Notes under the pieces: generated by a model
Told to the model about the DNA's origin: nothing
Database searches by the model: none
What the model saw: only the letters and a program-made list of their open reading frames with translations
Shown here: positions 62,057 to 64,000 of the stretch, piece after piece
Layout: every line of letters starts with the position of its first letter
Numbering within the stretch: the stretch's first letter is position 1
Program-made: the position numbers and the translations under genes
Assembly: GCA_046563655.1 (NCBI GenBank)
Contig: CM102286.1
Location: 3,720,001-3,784,000 of the forward strand
Length of the DNA: 64,000 nt
Direction of reading: 5' to 3'
From: Yuukianura sp. NJ FZ-2021
Taxonomy: Eukaryota

Positions 62057-64000
62057 TTATTTGTGATGACCGTTGCCAATGGGAGAATCCAGGAATTCGG
62101 GATTTTTCGAATCTGGCGCTTTAGTTGATAGTGGATCGTAGTAACAAGTGGGAGAAGTGGGTGCGATTATGTCCAAAGGTAAGCTAGATCTAGAGCGCCT
62201 CTTTGATTTTTTGTTTTTCTTTGCCAGTGGATGTAGGTATTCATCATCAACTTTTTGCGTTTGCTTACAACCTGAAATTTGGTGAAATTTTAGTTTTCGT
62301 TCAACAAATGTTTCTGATTAAATTTAAATTTTACCTCCAGTGAGAAGACTGACAATACTTCCTACTATTAAGGTGATCATTCCTCCCGCGAATGGAAATA
62401 GAGTGTACGAAAGTGTGTACATTTTTGTCGGCCATTCTCTACAAAATTTTTGTTCAAAATTACAAATTTTGGAAATCGTTGCGGCAAAGAAGTTACTTTT
62501 TAAAATTTTCTTACAAGTCATCATTTGACGGAGGAAATTTCGGCATTGTCATGTTTTTACTCTTTACCGCTAAGACAAATTCCTCCTGGCAACCTTTGAC
62601 GCTAAATGGTAAAGGAATGTGGGATCTCTTAATAACAAAAGAACCTGCACTAATCCAAACCATTGTAATGAATCCAGCTGTCATTCCAGCGAGTGCTCCC
62701 TGGTTAAATTCAAAATTTTAAGAAGCCAATGATCACAAATTTTGAAAAATGTGAAATTTTGAAAGTAAAACGTACATATTTGTTGATAAATGGCATCAAA
62801 AGACCCATGAAAAACACCATTCCGAGTGGACCGCTTAATGCACCTAGTGCTGTAGAAGTAGCTGCCAAAAGATTTCCCATGTGTGATGCAATGAAAGCGA
62901 GTAGAATTGAAATTACACCAAATCCCAGAGCTATTGCGAAAATTAAATTTTGATAATTGAGTATATTTAAATTATGAAACAAAAAAAAAATTTCTTTTTT
63001 CTTTACCAATGCCGCGTACAAAATTTGCCTGTTTCTTTGGACCCATTTTTCGCAAGCATGGAATTGGAGACAAAAAGTCTTCCCAAACCACCGCAGCGAT
63101 TGAGTTCAATCCAGACGAAATTGTACTAAAAAAAGTAAAGGTTGAAAATTTTCTTTCAATATACGAAAGAAAAACAAGAAAATTTGCCAAAATTTACCTC
63201 AGAGACGCTGCAAATACACAAGCAGTGAAAAGACCCATCATCCCTGGCATAAACTCAAGTTGGTCTTGTACAAAAAATGGAACAATTTGGTCAATTTTTG
63301 AAATTTTTCCGAGACGTCTGGGATCGCAGTCAGCATAAGTAGCGAACACAACAATTCCAGATAACAGACAGAGCGACACTGTGAACAAGTTCAGCGGAAT
63401 TGCAAAAATGACTGCCCTGAAAATTTTAAAATTGGCGCCAAAATTACATGAGCTATTTTCATTCCCACCACTTTCAAAATAACTCACTTGACAGCATGCT
63501 TGAATGACGGTAAACTGCAGTATCGTTGAACTTGCGGTTGATGTGTTCCGTAGAGACATAAGATTGTGAATCCTTGACCCAGGATAATGTTGAGGGCATT
63601 ATGACGCATGAAGGGATCAATCGTTGAGCTGTTCAGTTTGCGGCATAATTAAGTGAATAAGTTTAGAAACTTAAAAAAAAAGTTCAAATTTCAAAATTTG
63701 GCGCCCTAAACTTACTCAAATAGAACAAGACGTCCGTGCTCTTCTGCTTTAGCTAAAGCTTCGCTTACTCCACCGGTGGTAATGAACCCGTGAATAATGA
63801 TTGACAAGAGTCCTGCCATGAGCATGATAAGTTGAAATACGTCTGTCCATACAACTGCCCTAAGACCTCCCTGTTCAAATGTAGAAAAATGTTTAAACAA
63901 GTTGACAAGTTTTAAAATTTAAGAAATTAAGGCTGTTCACTAACAATGGAAGTGTAGATGGTAGCGCATAATCCAAGACCAATCACAGATTGCCAAACCG
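62057..64000 (-). CDS. Sodium:solute symporter, SLC5A8/12 (SMCT)-like; 5' part lies beyond the window
   Basis: GGLRAVVWTDVFQ, YADCDP, DQIVPFFV, PGMMGLFTACVFAASL|STISSGLNSIAAV.WED, GALSGPLGMVFFMG, MYTLSY, VGSIVSLLTG; TAA at 62057. Confidence 0.92.

Overview
AT-rich eukaryotic DNA with a compact, intron-rich gene layout (many 50-110 nt GT-AG introns). An odorant-binding protein, an arthropsin and a PTTH/Trunk-family gene point to an arthropod, plausibly a basal hexapod such as a springtail (inference only). Gene order: two tandem SEC14/GOLD genes (+), a divergent 7TM chemoreceptor-like gene (+), lysosomal alpha-mannosidase (-), a TIR element carrying an 11-bp minisatellite, a PTTH/Trunk-family cystine-knot gene (+), a MITE, an arthropsin (-) that can be spliced to a ~460-aa cytoplasmic tail, a catalytically dead serine protease (+), a small unknown gene (+), an OBP (-), an intron-containing fungal-type mitochondrial cytochrome c peroxidase (+), a cationic amino acid transporter (+) preceded by a 330-bp inverted repeat, Nup160 (-), a cluster of small single-TM Gly/Tyr-rich genes (-) interrupted by a GABA-B-like Venus-flytrap gene with no 7TM domain (+), AKAP17A (+) with an intronic fold-back, and a partial SLC5 transporter (-). 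Best leads: the probably horizontally acquired cytochrome c peroxidase, the 7TM-less possibly GPI-anchored GABA-B-like ectodomain, the long-tailed arthropsin and the PTTH/Trunk hybrid. Exon joins were read by eye and family calls come from motif recognition, not database searches.
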